Assembly (NCBI GenBank): GCA_963743885.1
Contig: CAVURJ010000001.1
Span: 204,949 to 268,948 of the forward strand
Source of the DNA: Candidatus Moraniibacteriota bacterium
GTDB taxonomy: Bacteria > Patescibacteriota > Minisyncoccia > Moranbacterales > UBA1568
Length of the DNA: 64,000 nucleotides
Reading direction: 5' to 3'
Under the pieces are notes generated by a model that worked only from the letters and a program-made list of their open reading frames with translations, searched no databases and was not told where the DNA came from. The translations under genes were made by a program, and so were the position numbers. This document shows, piece after piece, positions 9,863-19,240 of this stretch. The stretch's first letter is position 1, and each line of letters begins with the position of its first letter.

Positions 9863-10896
9863 GCGGTGCATTCGGATGGGTGAAGGCGGATTCGGCTGGT
9901 GCCGGTACCAGGATCCATAGGCCGGACGATTTCGCAGGGGCGAAGGCGGCCTATGCTGGCGGTGCGAGGCGCGTCGATATCGGGTTTGATCCCAATGACG
10001 GGAAGAGCCGGAAGATCGATGCCTTCGCGACCAGGATGGGAGCGAGGGCGATCCCGGACGGAAAGTCGGCGTTTACCAGTACGGCAGCGAATGTCGTGAT
10101 GGTCGCGCTCGATGTGACGGGGTCGATGCAACAGTGGCCGCAGGAGATCTTCAAGCGGCTGCCGCTCCTCTACACTGATCTGGTCCGGTATTTCGGATCC
10201 GATGATGTGGAAGTACTCTTCGCCGCTTTCGGCGATGCGAGCGGTTCGGATCGGTATCCGATCCAGATCGGGCATTTCGCCAAAGGTCCGGATCTCGATC
10301 CGGTACTTGCCTCGCTCGAGCGTGAGGGCGGCGGAAACGGGCGCGGATCGCAGCGCGAATCGCATGAGCTCCTCGCCTACCATCTCGTCGAGCGAGTGGA
10401 TACCTCATCGGCACAGAATGTCTTCGCCTTCTTCATTACGGACGAGGCGGGATACGATGCGGTCGACGGGGGCCAGGTAGAGCGGTTGCTCGGCATCCCG
10501 ATGAATCGGGAGCTTGCGAAGACGAAGAATGTCTTCGCGAGCCTCTCGAGGAAAGCGGACGTCTATGCAATCGTCTGCGATACGGGGTCGTACAGCGACC
10601 CGATCGCTCATCGCTGGTGGCGTGAAACGCTCGATGCCGAGCGGGCGCTCAGTCTCGATGATGCGCGCCGGATCGTGGATGTGATGCTCGGAGTGATCGC
10701 GAGCAAGGTCGGCAAAGACGCTGAGTTCGATCTCGATCTCACCAGGCGTCAGGCCGGCACCAGATTCGGTCGAGCCAACATCGCGAATGTCGAAGAGACG
10801 CTCGCGATCGTCCGGAAGGGTGGAGTGACACGATTGCTCCCACCGCCGGATCGGTCAGGGCCTCTCGATGGAGAGACCCGGGCGCTGCTCGATTGA
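9859..10896 (+). CDS. vWA-domain protein
   Basis: MIDAS-type DVTGSM, FGDA, EGGGNG..RESHEL and FITDE; ATGA overlap with the kinase. Confidence 0.8.
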   Translation: MSGAFGWVKADSAGAGTRIHRPDDFAGAKAAYAGGARRVDIGFDPNDGKSRKIDAFATRMGARAIPDGKSAFTSTAANVVMVALDVTGSMQQWPQEIFKRLPLLYTDLVRYFGSDDVEVLFAAFGDASGSDRYPIQIGHFAKGPDLDPVLASLEREGGGNGRGSQRESHELLAYHLVERVDTSSAQNVFAFFITDEAGYDAVDGGQVERLLGIPMNRELAKTKNVFASLSRKADVYAIVCDTGSYSDPIAHRWWRETLDAERALSLDDARRIVDVMLGVIASKVGKDAEFDLDLTRRQAGTRFGRANIANVEETLAIVRKGGVTRLLPPPDRSGPLDGETRALLD

Positions 10897-10954
10897 AAGC
10901 GCAGAGATGAAAAAAGCGGCACACCCTGGAATTTCAGGGGTGCCGCCTTTCTTG

Positions 10955-11497
10955 TCAGCGTTTCTTGAACTCTTCGAGGCCGATGTTCCAGGCCGTGACG
11001 ACATCGTCGTAGATGAGCGGGTTGAGCATCCGCTTCAGCCTTCCGAACTGCCGATTAAGGAGCGCGTTCCGGACTTCGGTTGCCGAGACCTTTTTCGTCT
11101 TTCTGCCGGAGAACCGGTCGACGATATGGTGCGGCTTACGGCCTTCCTCGATGAGGACGGAGATCTCTTCCTGGCATCCGCCGAGAAATACGGTTTCCTT
11201 CGGGTTGAAGCCGGCGGCTTCCAAGAGATGGTCGAGAGCGGTCAGCCAGGCAGTGTTGCTTTCGTTGAAATCAGGAAGCGGCACGACTGTCAGTCCAGGG
11301 AAGACGCGCTTGATGAATCCTGCGCGTTCCGCATAGCCGAAGAAGTGCCGGAGCGAACGTTCGTGGTTGGCACTGCCGATGAAGAGGATGGAATGGTCAC
11401 TCATATCGAGCATCATCTGTATCATGGCCTCATGGCCGAGATGCTGCGGGTTGAAGCGGCCGACATAGGCCATCTCTGGATAGTGCGTCTGCTTCAT
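10955..11497 (-). CDS. HxGH nucleotidyltransferase, NadM-like (nicotinamide/nicotinate mononucleotide adenylyltransferase candidate)
   Basis: YVGRFNPQHLGH, FIGSAN and VSATEVRNAL; RBS AGGAGA before the ATG at 11497. Confidence 0.75.
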   Translation of the reverse strand: MKQTHYPEMAYVGRFNPQHLGHEAMIQMMLDMSDHSILFIGSANHERSLRHFFGYAERAGFIKRVFPGLTVVPLPDFNESNTAWLTALDHLLEAAGFNPKETVFLGGCQEEISVLIEEGRKPHHIVDRFSGRKTKKVSATEVRNALLNRQFGRLKRMLNPLIYDDVVTAWNIGLEEFKKR

Positions 11498-11590
11498 TAT
11501 AAAATCTCCTTTCTTTGGAGTGTGTGGGAAGGAACTGGAAGGAGCAGTGTATCGGAAAGCGGTTTTTCCGTCAACAGAAAGGAGTTTGAT

Positions 11591-12229
11591 ATGGAAGAGC
11601 AAAGACGATTGGAACAGCGGTTCAGCGCCTTCTGGAAGCGAGCTGGTTTGCGTGGCGATCCGACAGCGACTTTTTGGATGATCATGCGGCGCTATAGCGA
11701 AGCACATCGGCAGTATCATGCGCCGGCGCATCTCGAGAGTTGTTTCTGGGAGCTCGATCAGATCACTCGTCTGATCAGGGATCCGCTCGCGGTCGAGGGA
11801 GCGATCTGGTTCCACGACATCGTGTATGATCCGCGTCGGGCGGACAATGAAGAGCAGAGTGCGAAGCTCGCTCGGGGGTTGTTGGCTCGCGGAGGCGCGT
11901 CGAGGATGTTCGTCACGAAGGTGCGGCGGCTCATCCTGGCGACGCGGCATGCTGGTGCGACGCGGGATCGGGACACTGCGTTTCTGGTCGATATCGACCT
12001 CTCCATACTCGGGGCGGAACAGCCGCGATTCGATGAGTATGAGCGTGGGATCCGGAAGGAGTACATGTTCGTTCCGGAGGCGGAGTATCGTATCGGCAGG
12101 GGAGCGGTGCTTCGCAGGTTCCTTGATCGGAGAGCGATCTTTCAGACCGCTCCATTCAAGAGGCGCCTGGAACGTCAGGCGCACGAAAATCTTGAGCGCT
12201 CCATCGCGAGGCTTTTTGCCGCCGGGTAA
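11591..12229 (+). CDS. Predicted metal-dependent HD phosphohydrolase
   Basis: YSEAHRQYH, WFHDIVYDP, NEEQSA, DIDLSILG and YERGIRKEY; RBS AAGGAG. Confidence 0.8.
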   Translation: MEEQRRLEQRFSAFWKRAGLRGDPTATFWMIMRRYSEAHRQYHAPAHLESCFWELDQITRLIRDPLAVEGAIWFHDIVYDPRRADNEEQSAKLARGLLARGGASRMFVTKVRRLILATRHAGATRDRDTAFLVDIDLSILGAEQPRFDEYERGIRKEYMFVPEAEYRIGRGAVLRRFLDRRAIFQTAPFKRRLERQAHENLERSIARLFAAG

Positions 12230-12296
12230 TCCGGCGGTTTTTTCTTGATATTTCGGTTCGTGTACGCTAGGATGCAGGCAATTGGCTATTGGTCAT

Positions 12297-13055
12297 ATGT
12301 TGAAAGAAATCAAGCATTCGCTCAAGAATCTCGGCTTCAGCAAGAATGAAGTCGCCGTCTATATCGCGCTCACGCAGCTCGGCGAGTCTCCTGCGGCCAA
12401 AATCGCCAAAAAGGCCGAGTTGCCGCGGACGACTGCCGCGAGCATCCTCCGGCAGATGGTTGAGCACGGCTATGTTTCTGCGCACCTTCATCGTGGCACG
12501 ACGTGGTATTGGATAGAGTCGCTCGATACGATGGAGCATATGCTCAAGAACCGGATCGCGGTCGCTCGCGAGCTGAAGGGGCTGCTTTCAAATTTCTACA
12601 GGAGCGAGGCCGATTTCCCAGAAGCGAAGATCTATGACACGCGGGAGGCCATCAAGACATTCATCGAGAAGACGCTGGTCACACTGAAGGATGGCACACT
12701 CATCCAGACGATGGATACGCCCGGTGCGGCGAATTATACGAAGATCTATTCGGAGAATTTTGATCTAGTGCTGCGCGATCTGAAGCGGAAAAAGAAGATC
12801 ATCACGCATACGCTCATTCCCGCCGGATCCGGCAGTGACATCGATCCGAAGAAGGTCATCAATCAGGGCATCACGCTCCGGGAGATGCCAGCTGGGCTGG
12901 AAGGGTTCCAGGCGTCGTTCTGGGTCATCGATGATTTGTTCGTGCAGTTTTCTGGGCGCTATCCGTTTATCGTCGCGGTGCGGCATAAGCTGATCTCAGA
13001 GAGCATGCGCGCGATATTTCAGTATCTCTGGTCGGTCTCTTCCCCGCTCAAATGA
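12297..13055 (+). CDS. TrmB-family HTH transcriptional regulator
   Basis: LKNLGFSKNEVAVYIAL..LG...IAKKAELPRTT N-terminal HTH with a TrmB-like effector domain. Confidence 0.8.
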   Translation: MLKEIKHSLKNLGFSKNEVAVYIALTQLGESPAAKIAKKAELPRTTAASILRQMVEHGYVSAHLHRGTTWYWIESLDTMEHMLKNRIAVARELKGLLSNFYRSEADFPEAKIYDTREAIKTFIEKTLVTLKDGTLIQTMDTPGAANYTKIYSENFDLVLRDLKRKKKIITHTLIPAGSGSDIDPKKVINQGITLREMPAGLEGFQASFWVIDDLFVQFSGRYPFIVAVRHKLISESMRAIFQYLWSVSSPLK

Positions 13056-13167
13056 TGAGCGCGGCGATAGGGTGCGCATCATGCGAGAGGGGGCATGAAA
13101 GGACGGGCGGCAGGAATATCCTGTAGGCCCGTTTTTTGTCATCAGAGAGGGATTTTTCCGGAAATAC

Positions 13168-13205
13168 TTGACAGAATTTTAATAGTGTATATACTACACT
13201 TAGTA
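13168..13205 (+). promoter_or_regulatory. Promoter with an NrtR-type operator overlapping the -10 box
   Basis: TTGACA 13168-13173, TATACT 13190-13195; AGTGT-atatact-ACACT at 13184-13200; 23 bp identical to 25379-25401. Confidence 0.8.
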
Positions 13206-13286
13206 CTTCGATAGAGCAGAGTGAACGAGGGGAGGGAAGGAGGAGAAAGAAGACAGGCGCCACGGGCGCTTTTCCACAGACTACTT

Positions 13287-13303
13287 AGTGTAGTATGTAC
13301 ACT
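13287..13303. promoter_or_regulatory. Second NrtR-type operator
   Basis: AGTGT-agtatgt-ACACT. Confidence 0.7.
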
Positions 13304-13418
13304 ACAGAAACGAGAGGGATGCTGGCGGGACGCCTCTTCTCCGAAAGGGAGGGGAGACGCCTCGGAATCATCCGAGGAAGCAGTTCATTGACAATCAATC
13401 AAAGCAAAGGAGCTCATC

Positions 13419-14264
13419 ATGGCAGCCAAAGCGAATGCATACAAGGGCCTCAAGGTGCACCTCATCGTCATCGATCCGCAGAACGACTTCATGGACAGTC
13501 CAGAAGCAGCTCTGCCGGTGCTGGGCGCAAACGCGGATATGCAGCGGCTGGCTGCGCTGATCGATCGGATCGGCGGCCGGCTCGATGATATTCACGTGAC
13601 GCTCGACTCACACCGCGTCATCGACGTCGGACATCCGGGTATGTGGCGCGATTCGGACGGCAACGTCCCGAATCCGTTCACCATCATCTCGGCGGCCGAC
13701 ATCGAGAGCGGCATCTGGGCGCCGCGCAATCCGGGTTTCCGGGCACGTCTTCTGGACTACGCCCGCACGCTCGAGAAGAACGGCAACTACCCGCTCATGG
13801 TCTGGCCGGAGCACTGCATTATCGGGACCCCCGGGCACAATGTCCAGGCGGACCTGATGGCAGCGCTCAAGCGCTGGGAACGACGGGAGTTCGCCAACGT
13901 CGACTACGTGGTCAAGGGCACCAACACCTTCACTGAGCACTACGGTGCTCTCCAGGCGGAAGTCCCCGATCCCGCAGATCCGACGACCACTCTCAACACC
14001 GGTTTCCTCGATGTTCTCGCGCAAGCGGACATCGTGGCGATCGCTGGCGAGGCGCTGTCGCACTGCGTGAAATCGACGGTCTCCCAGATCGCCGACAACA
14101 TCGGTCCCGAGCAGATCAAGAAGTTCCATATCTTGACCGACTGTTCGAGTCCGGTGTCGGCGGTTCCGGGTGGTCCTGATTTCCCAGCCATCGCGCAAGC
14201 GTGGCTTCGGGAAATGGAAGGCCGCGGGATGAAACTCGTGACCTCTGCCGATTTCCTGGCCTGA
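13419..14264 (+). CDS. pncA: Nicotinamidase (isochorismatase/cysteine hydrolase family)
   Basis: IDPQNDF, TLDSH, WPEHC, KG..FTEHY and GEALSHCV motifs. Confidence 0.85.
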   Translation: MAAKANAYKGLKVHLIVIDPQNDFMDSPEAALPVLGANADMQRLAALIDRIGGRLDDIHVTLDSHRVIDVGHPGMWRDSDGNVPNPFTIISAADIESGIWAPRNPGFRARLLDYARTLEKNGNYPLMVWPEHCIIGTPGHNVQADLMAALKRWERREFANVDYVVKGTNTFTEHYGALQAEVPDPADPTTTLNTGFLDVLAQADIVAIAGEALSHCVKSTVSQIADNIGPEQIKKFHILTDCSSPVSAVPGGPDFPAIAQAWLREMEGRGMKLVTSADFLA

Positions 14265-14300
14265 TATTTCTGGCCACTCTACAACGAAAGGAGAAACATC

Positions 14301-15053
14301 ATGCCGAGACTCAATCAGGAAGAAGGGATGGGCAGCCATCGGATCGGCGGCGGGAACTTCACCTTTACCGGTGCCCGCATCGATCAGTTGGGGGCGACCG
14401 AGTATACGCTCGTGACGGTGGCAGTCGATGTCACCGGATCGACGGCGCGGTTTGCCGATGATCTGCGGGCGATGCTCGTGACGGCGGTGGAAGCCTGCAA
14501 GAAGTCGCCGCGTTCGGACAACCTGCTCCTGCGGGCCATCACGTTCTCGACGGCAGTCGGCGGCGTGAGCGAACTGCACGGCTTCAAGCCGCTGGCAGAA
14601 ATCGATCCGAACGCGTATCCGGTATTTTCTCCGGATGGGCTGACACCGCTCTACGACGCGGTCTACTCGTCGGTCGGAGCGATGACGGAATACGGCGAGC
14701 AGCTCATGCAGAATGACTATCTCGCCAACGCCATCGGCTTCATCATCACCGACGGGCTGAACAACGCCGGGACAGCGACGCCCAAGATGATCCGTGACGA
14801 GATCGGAAGTGTGGCGGCCAAGGAACGGCTCGAATCGCTCGTGACGATCTTGATCGGGATCAACGCGGCCGAGTATGAGCGGGAGCTCCGCGAGTTCCAG
14901 CACGAAGCCGGCATCGGGCAGTATATCGATGCGGGCGACGTGACCAAGGCGAAGCTTGCCAAGCTCGCTGACTTCGTTTCGCAGTCGGTATCCAGCCAGT
15001 CTCAAGCGTTGGGCACCGGCGGTCCGAGCCAGAATATCCAGGCCGTCATCTGA
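14301..15053 (+). CDS. TerY-like vWA-domain protein
   Basis: DVTGS MIDAS, G.TPLYDA, IITDG, and C-terminal LADFVSQSVSSQSQ. Confidence 0.8.
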   Translation: MPRLNQEEGMGSHRIGGGNFTFTGARIDQLGATEYTLVTVAVDVTGSTARFADDLRAMLVTAVEACKKSPRSDNLLLRAITFSTAVGGVSELHGFKPLAEIDPNAYPVFSPDGLTPLYDAVYSSVGAMTEYGEQLMQNDYLANAIGFIITDGLNNAGTATPKMIRDEIGSVAAKERLESLVTILIGINAAEYERELREFQHEAGIGQYIDAGDVTKAKLAKLADFVSQSVSSQSQALGTGGPSQNIQAVI

Positions 15054-15066
15054 TGGTCCGGAGTAC

Positions 15067-15103
15067 GGGGCGGCAGGAGATCTCTCCTTCCGCCCCTTTT
15101 TTT
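15067..15103 (+). terminator. Internal terminator/attenuator-like hairpin between the vWA and PP2C genes
   Basis: ggggcgg...ccgcccc stem followed by a T-run. Confidence 0.55.
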
Positions 15104-15131
15104 CTTCGAAGTGTATGAGAGGAGAGAAATC

Positions 15132-16052
15132 ATGGATATCAGGAATGCTGACCAGTATTTCCACATCGGATACTCGCATCTCATCGCGGGGAAACCGTGC
15201 GAGGACTACGCGCTCTCTGACATCTACGGAGAAGCGGCGGTAGCGATAGTGTCCGACGGCTGTTCGACCGGAGCCCATACCGACATCGGCTCGCGCATCG
15301 TGGCGCTCTCGATGGCGGGGGCGGTCCGCGATCAGTTGTCTGGCGGGAAGGGTTTGTCCGGCAGCCAGTCGGCGCGGGAGATCCGCAAGCGTCGCGGAGA
15401 GATCATCGCGGAGAGCAAGAGCATCCTTGGTCTCGAGGATCGGAATTTGCTCGCGACCTCTGTCGCCGCGGTATCTGCTTCACACGGCGCGATGGTCTTC
15501 GTGGACGGGGATGGCGTCGTCGCCTTCAAGTATCGCGATGGACAGTCTGTCCTCTGGCGATTCGAATGGGACGGCAACATGCCTTTCTACCCCGCGTACA
15601 GCGGAGAAGACCAGGAGCGTTTCGTGGCGGCGCATGGGGGCGATCCGGCAGTGGTCCGTTTTCGGCAGTCCGTCTGGGTATGCGGAAGCGATGGCACGCT
15701 CGAGGATAAAGGAGAGCGGTTGTGGACGCTTGCGGAAGGGATGGCGGGCATCACGCTCTTCGTCCCAGGCTCGCATCTGTCTGCCGAGCTGGAATACATC
15801 GCGGTCTTTACCGATGGTGTCACCCAGATTGCGGAGACGGATTGGAAGGACGCAGCACTCGGATTTCTGTCCTTCAAGAGTACGGCTGGCGAATTCGCGA
15901 AGCGCCGGATGATGAGCGGACTCCGGGATCTGCGCAAGGCGGGACGGGAGCCGCTCGACGACATCGCGTATGCGGTGCTTCACTTCAACTCTGACGAAAC
16001 CAAGGAGGCGGATCATGGCACAAGCGAAGAGCAATCTCAAGGTAACGCTTGA
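15132..16052 (+). CDS. PP2C-like protein phosphatase (TerY-P type)
   Basis: G.SH...GKPCEDYA, VSDGCS, GDG, FTDGV and DDIA metal-binding motifs. Confidence 0.8.
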   Translation: MDIRNADQYFHIGYSHLIAGKPCEDYALSDIYGEAAVAIVSDGCSTGAHTDIGSRIVALSMAGAVRDQLSGGKGLSGSQSAREIRKRRGEIIAESKSILGLEDRNLLATSVAAVSASHGAMVFVDGDGVVAFKYRDGQSVLWRFEWDGNMPFYPAYSGEDQERFVAAHGGDPAVVRFRQSVWVCGSDGTLEDKGERLWTLAEGMAGITLFVPGSHLSAELEYIAVFTDGVTQIAETDWKDAALGFLSFKSTAGEFAKRRMMSGLRDLRKAGREPLDDIAYAVLHFNSDETKEADHGTSEEQSQGNA

Positions 16053-17748
16053 AGGCCGCGGGACGCTCGTCCTCCGGCCAAGCGATCACATCGCGACGGG
16101 CGGGGAGGGTTCGGTATACCGTGCCGGAGGCATGGTCGTGAAGGTCTACACCGATCCAGCACATATGCAGCGGGATGATATGGCCGGCAAGATCAGGCTG
16201 CTTTCTGGCCTGAAGCATCCGTCCATCGTCGCGCCGCACGGATTGGCGCTCGGCCAGAGCGGCGAGCCGATCGGGTACTACATGCCCTTCGTCCCGGGCG
16301 AGCCGCTGACACGCGCATTCACGAACGATTTCCGTATCCGCGAGGGTTTCGGTGATCGGGAGACGAGGCAGCTCGTCGATCGGATGCGCGAGACGGTTCG
16401 GTTCGCCCATGGAAGACAGGCTATCCTCGTCGATGCGAATGAGCTCAACTGGCTCGTGAAGCCGGGCAGCAAGAATGGTCCCGAGCCGTACGTCATCGAC
16501 GTCGATTCTTGGGCGGTCGGTCGGTGGCCAGCGAAGGTCATCATGCCATCCATCCGTGATTGGCAGTCAAAGGGATTCGACGAGGGGACGGACTGGTTCG
16601 CCTGGGGAGTTGTCACCTTTCAGGTGTTCTCAGGCATTCATCCGTACAAGGGCAGTCTGGATGGGTATAAGCGCGGTGATCTGGAAGGCCGGATGCGGGC
16701 GAAGGCTTCGGTCTTCACGCCAGGCATCGGGCTCAACCAGGCAGTGCGGGACTTCTCGTCCATTCCTGGGCCGCTCCTCAATTGGTATGAGGCGGCGTTT
16801 CAGGGGAGCGAGCGGTCAGAGCCGCCATCGCCGTTTCAGACCGGAGCACCGACAGCGAAATTGGCTCCGGTACGGCGAGCGGTCGCGACGGCCCAGGGAC
16901 TACTCGTCTACGACAAGTTGTTCGATGGCACGGGCGATCCGGCGATCAGAGTCTTCCCTTCCGGTGTCGTCATGACCAAGAAGGGGCGGCTCATCGACCT
17001 CTCCACGAAGCGTGAGATCGGGCAACCGCTCTCACGTGACGGCGAGGTCATCCGGGTGGAGGGCGGCTGGCTCAAGGCGGACTGGAAGGGCGGGCAGGCG
17101 GAGTACTCATTCGTCTCGAACACCCTTTCCGAAGAAGCCGTCTCGGTCCAAGCGAGCGTCTATCGCGTCGTGCGAAGTAGCAATCGGATGTTCGCAGTGA
17201 CGGACACGGGCCTCACCGAGCTCACCGTGCGTCTGTTCGCTCGCCCAGTGCTCTCGCTCGGACGGACATGGGGCGTCATGCGTCATGCTCTCCGGTGGTT
17301 CGACGGTGTGGGCGTGCAGGATGCTCTCGGGGCGATGTATCTCGTCGCACCGTTCGGCACCGAAAGCTGCGCGTACGTGCGGGTACCCGAGCTCGACGGG
17401 CTCCGGGTGATCGCTGCCAAGGCCGGGCATCGTTTCGTCTCAGCCATCGCGGCCGATGTGAACGGGATGTATCGGAAGCTCGAGTTCGCATTCGATAGCG
17501 AGTACCGGAGCTATACGCTGTGGCAGGGCGTGACGGATGATCCGGATCCCAATATCGCCATCCTGCCCAAGGGAGTGTGTGCCACGATTGTGGAGGACGG
17601 TGAGCTCGTCATCTTCGTCCCGGCGAACGGCCAGACGAACAAGGTGAAGGATCACCGCATCACGACCGCTCTCGCCCTCGCCAACTGGGAGGATCGAGTG
17701 GTCTACGTCTCCCAAGGCGAAGTGTGGCAGGTGCGACTCAAGCAGTAG
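16015..17748 (+). CDS. Protein kinase-like domain (TerY-P type) with a large beta-rich C-terminal domain
   Basis: ATGGEGSVY, VVKVY, DANELN, IDVDS, TDWFAWGV and GIHPYKG; RBS AAGGAGG before the ATG at 16015. Confidence 0.8.
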   Translation: MAQAKSNLKVTLEGRGTLVLRPSDHIATGGEGSVYRAGGMVVKVYTDPAHMQRDDMAGKIRLLSGLKHPSIVAPHGLALGQSGEPIGYYMPFVPGEPLTRAFTNDFRIREGFGDRETRQLVDRMRETVRFAHGRQAILVDANELNWLVKPGSKNGPEPYVIDVDSWAVGRWPAKVIMPSIRDWQSKGFDEGTDWFAWGVVTFQVFSGIHPYKGSLDGYKRGDLEGRMRAKASVFTPGIGLNQAVRDFSSIPGPLLNWYEAAFQGSERSEPPSPFQTGAPTAKLAPVRRAVATAQGLLVYDKLFDGTGDPAIRVFPSGVVMTKKGRLIDLSTKREIGQPLSRDGEVIRVEGGWLKADWKGGQAEYSFVSNTLSEEAVSVQASVYRVVRSSNRMFAVTDTGLTELTVRLFARPVLSLGRTWGVMRHALRWFDGVGVQDALGAMYLVAPFGTESCAYVRVPELDGLRVIAAKAGHRFVSAIAADVNGMYRKLEFAFDSEYRSYTLWQGVTDDPDPNIAILPKGVCATIVEDGELVIFVPANGQTNKVKDHRITTALALANWEDRVVYVSQGEVWQVRLKQ

Positions 17749-17897
17749 CAGTATACCGGGGAATGGCTGAAACTAGCCTTCCCCGGATTTTTTTGTGACT
17801 ACGCGCTATTGACAGGATGGTATTTGCGTGATATTTTTATCCGTTATTTAAAAATTTTTACAACCACGCAGGATCCTTCAAGAAAGGGAGGAATGTC

Positions 17898-19052
17898 ATG
17901 GAAGTAGTGTACGCGAAAGAAAAGGCCCCGGAGGGGTATACGAAGTCGCTGTTCTTGGCTGGGCCGACCCCTCGCGATGCCTGGGTATCGTCTTGGAGGC
18001 CGGAAGCACTGGCAATCCTCGAAGCGAGCGGCTATGACGGCGTCGTCTTCGTTCCTGAAGCACGCGATGGCAAGTGGGCGAAGGGATACGAGGATCAGGT
18101 GGAATGGGAAGAGAAGCATCTCAACATGGCGGACTGCATTGTTTTCTGGGTTCCCCGGGAGATGAACACCATGCCGGCCCTGACCACCAACACCGAATGG
18201 GGCGTATGGCAGGATAGCGGCAAAGTCGTTTTCGGCGCCCCGGAGCATGCCGAGAAGGTCCGTTACCAGATCTATTACGCCAACCAGTTCAAGGTGTCCA
18301 TCAGTAGCAGCATCGAGGATACCATTCGGAGCGCGTTGTCGTTCATCGGCGAAGGCGTTTTGCGGTCTGGTGGCGAAAGAGATGTCCCTCTTTTCATCTG
18401 GAAGACGCCTCATTTCCAAGCGTGGTATTCCGCGCAGAAGAATGCGGGCAACAGGCTGGATGGTGCGAGGGTAGTCTGGACGTTCCGTGTAGGACCCAAC
18501 AGGAATTTCGTTTTCTTCTGGGCTCTCCACGTTGACGTCTTCATCGCCAGTGAGAACCGCAACAAGACCAACGAAGTCGTCCTTTCCAGGCCGGATATAG
18601 CGACTGTTGTGATGTATCGGCGAGCGGTGACGCTCGAAGAGACGACGGTCGTCTTGATCCGGGAATTCCGCAGTCCGGCGGCGACTGTCGACGGCTATGT
18701 CTGGGAAATACCAGGCGGGTCGTCATTCAAGCCGAAGGGCAATCCTCTGGAGTTGGCGGCGGCGGAATGCGAGGAGGAGACGGGACTGAGCGTGGATCCC
18801 ACACGGGTTTCTTTCCATAACGTACGCCAGCTCGTGGCGACGCTCTCTGCCCACAAGGCGCACGTATTTTCTGTCGAGATCACCTCGGAGGAAGTCGCTG
18901 CGCTTGAGGAGCAGAAAGGTATTCCGCACGGGGTACTGGAGGACACGGAAAGGACGTATGTGGAAGTCACGACCCTCGGCGAAATCCTCAAGCAGAACAA
19001 GGTCGACTGGTCCATGCTCGGGATGATCCTCTCCGTCATCAACCAGCGATAG
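17898..19052 (+). CDS. Nucleoside 2-deoxyribosyltransferase-like domain fused to a NUDIX hydrolase
   Basis: N-terminal LFLAGPTP..SWR..QVEWE..ADCIVFW..TTNTEWG; C-terminal REFRSPA..EIPGG..LAAAECEEETG Nudix box. Confidence 0.8.
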   Translation: MEVVYAKEKAPEGYTKSLFLAGPTPRDAWVSSWRPEALAILEASGYDGVVFVPEARDGKWAKGYEDQVEWEEKHLNMADCIVFWVPREMNTMPALTTNTEWGVWQDSGKVVFGAPEHAEKVRYQIYYANQFKVSISSSIEDTIRSALSFIGEGVLRSGGERDVPLFIWKTPHFQAWYSAQKNAGNRLDGARVVWTFRVGPNRNFVFFWALHVDVFIASENRNKTNEVVLSRPDIATVVMYRRAVTLEETTVVLIREFRSPAATVDGYVWEIPGGSSFKPKGNPLELAAAECEEETGLSVDPTRVSFHNVRQLVATLSAHKAHVFSVEITSEEVAALEEQKGIPHGVLEDTERTYVEVTTLGEILKQNKVDWSMLGMILSVINQR

Positions 19053-19240
19053 TTATCTGGCGAACTAGCCAGACGAACCCCATAGGCTGCAAAGCTTATG
19101 GGGGATTTTTTTATGAAAATATTAGCGTACCTGGATCATGTGCGTTTTTTGTTTGGGAGGAATATACTTGGGGTAGAAGTAGAAAATGTGGTCACCCCCC
19201 ATCCATTAGGGGAAACTAGCTCTAAGGAATAAAGAAAGAC

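Noticed and set aside
10868-12229. Two long overlapping antiparallel ORFs (453 aa and 409 aa)
   Set aside because: They resolve into two divergent genes with their own RBSs (10955-11497 minus, 11591-12229 plus); the extensions are antisense shadows
13608-15278. 556-aa minus-strand ORF, and similar long antisense ORFs (35660-37060, 62733-63731, 30529-31434)
   Set aside because: Shadow ORFs of high-GC3 genes with no recognisable motifs
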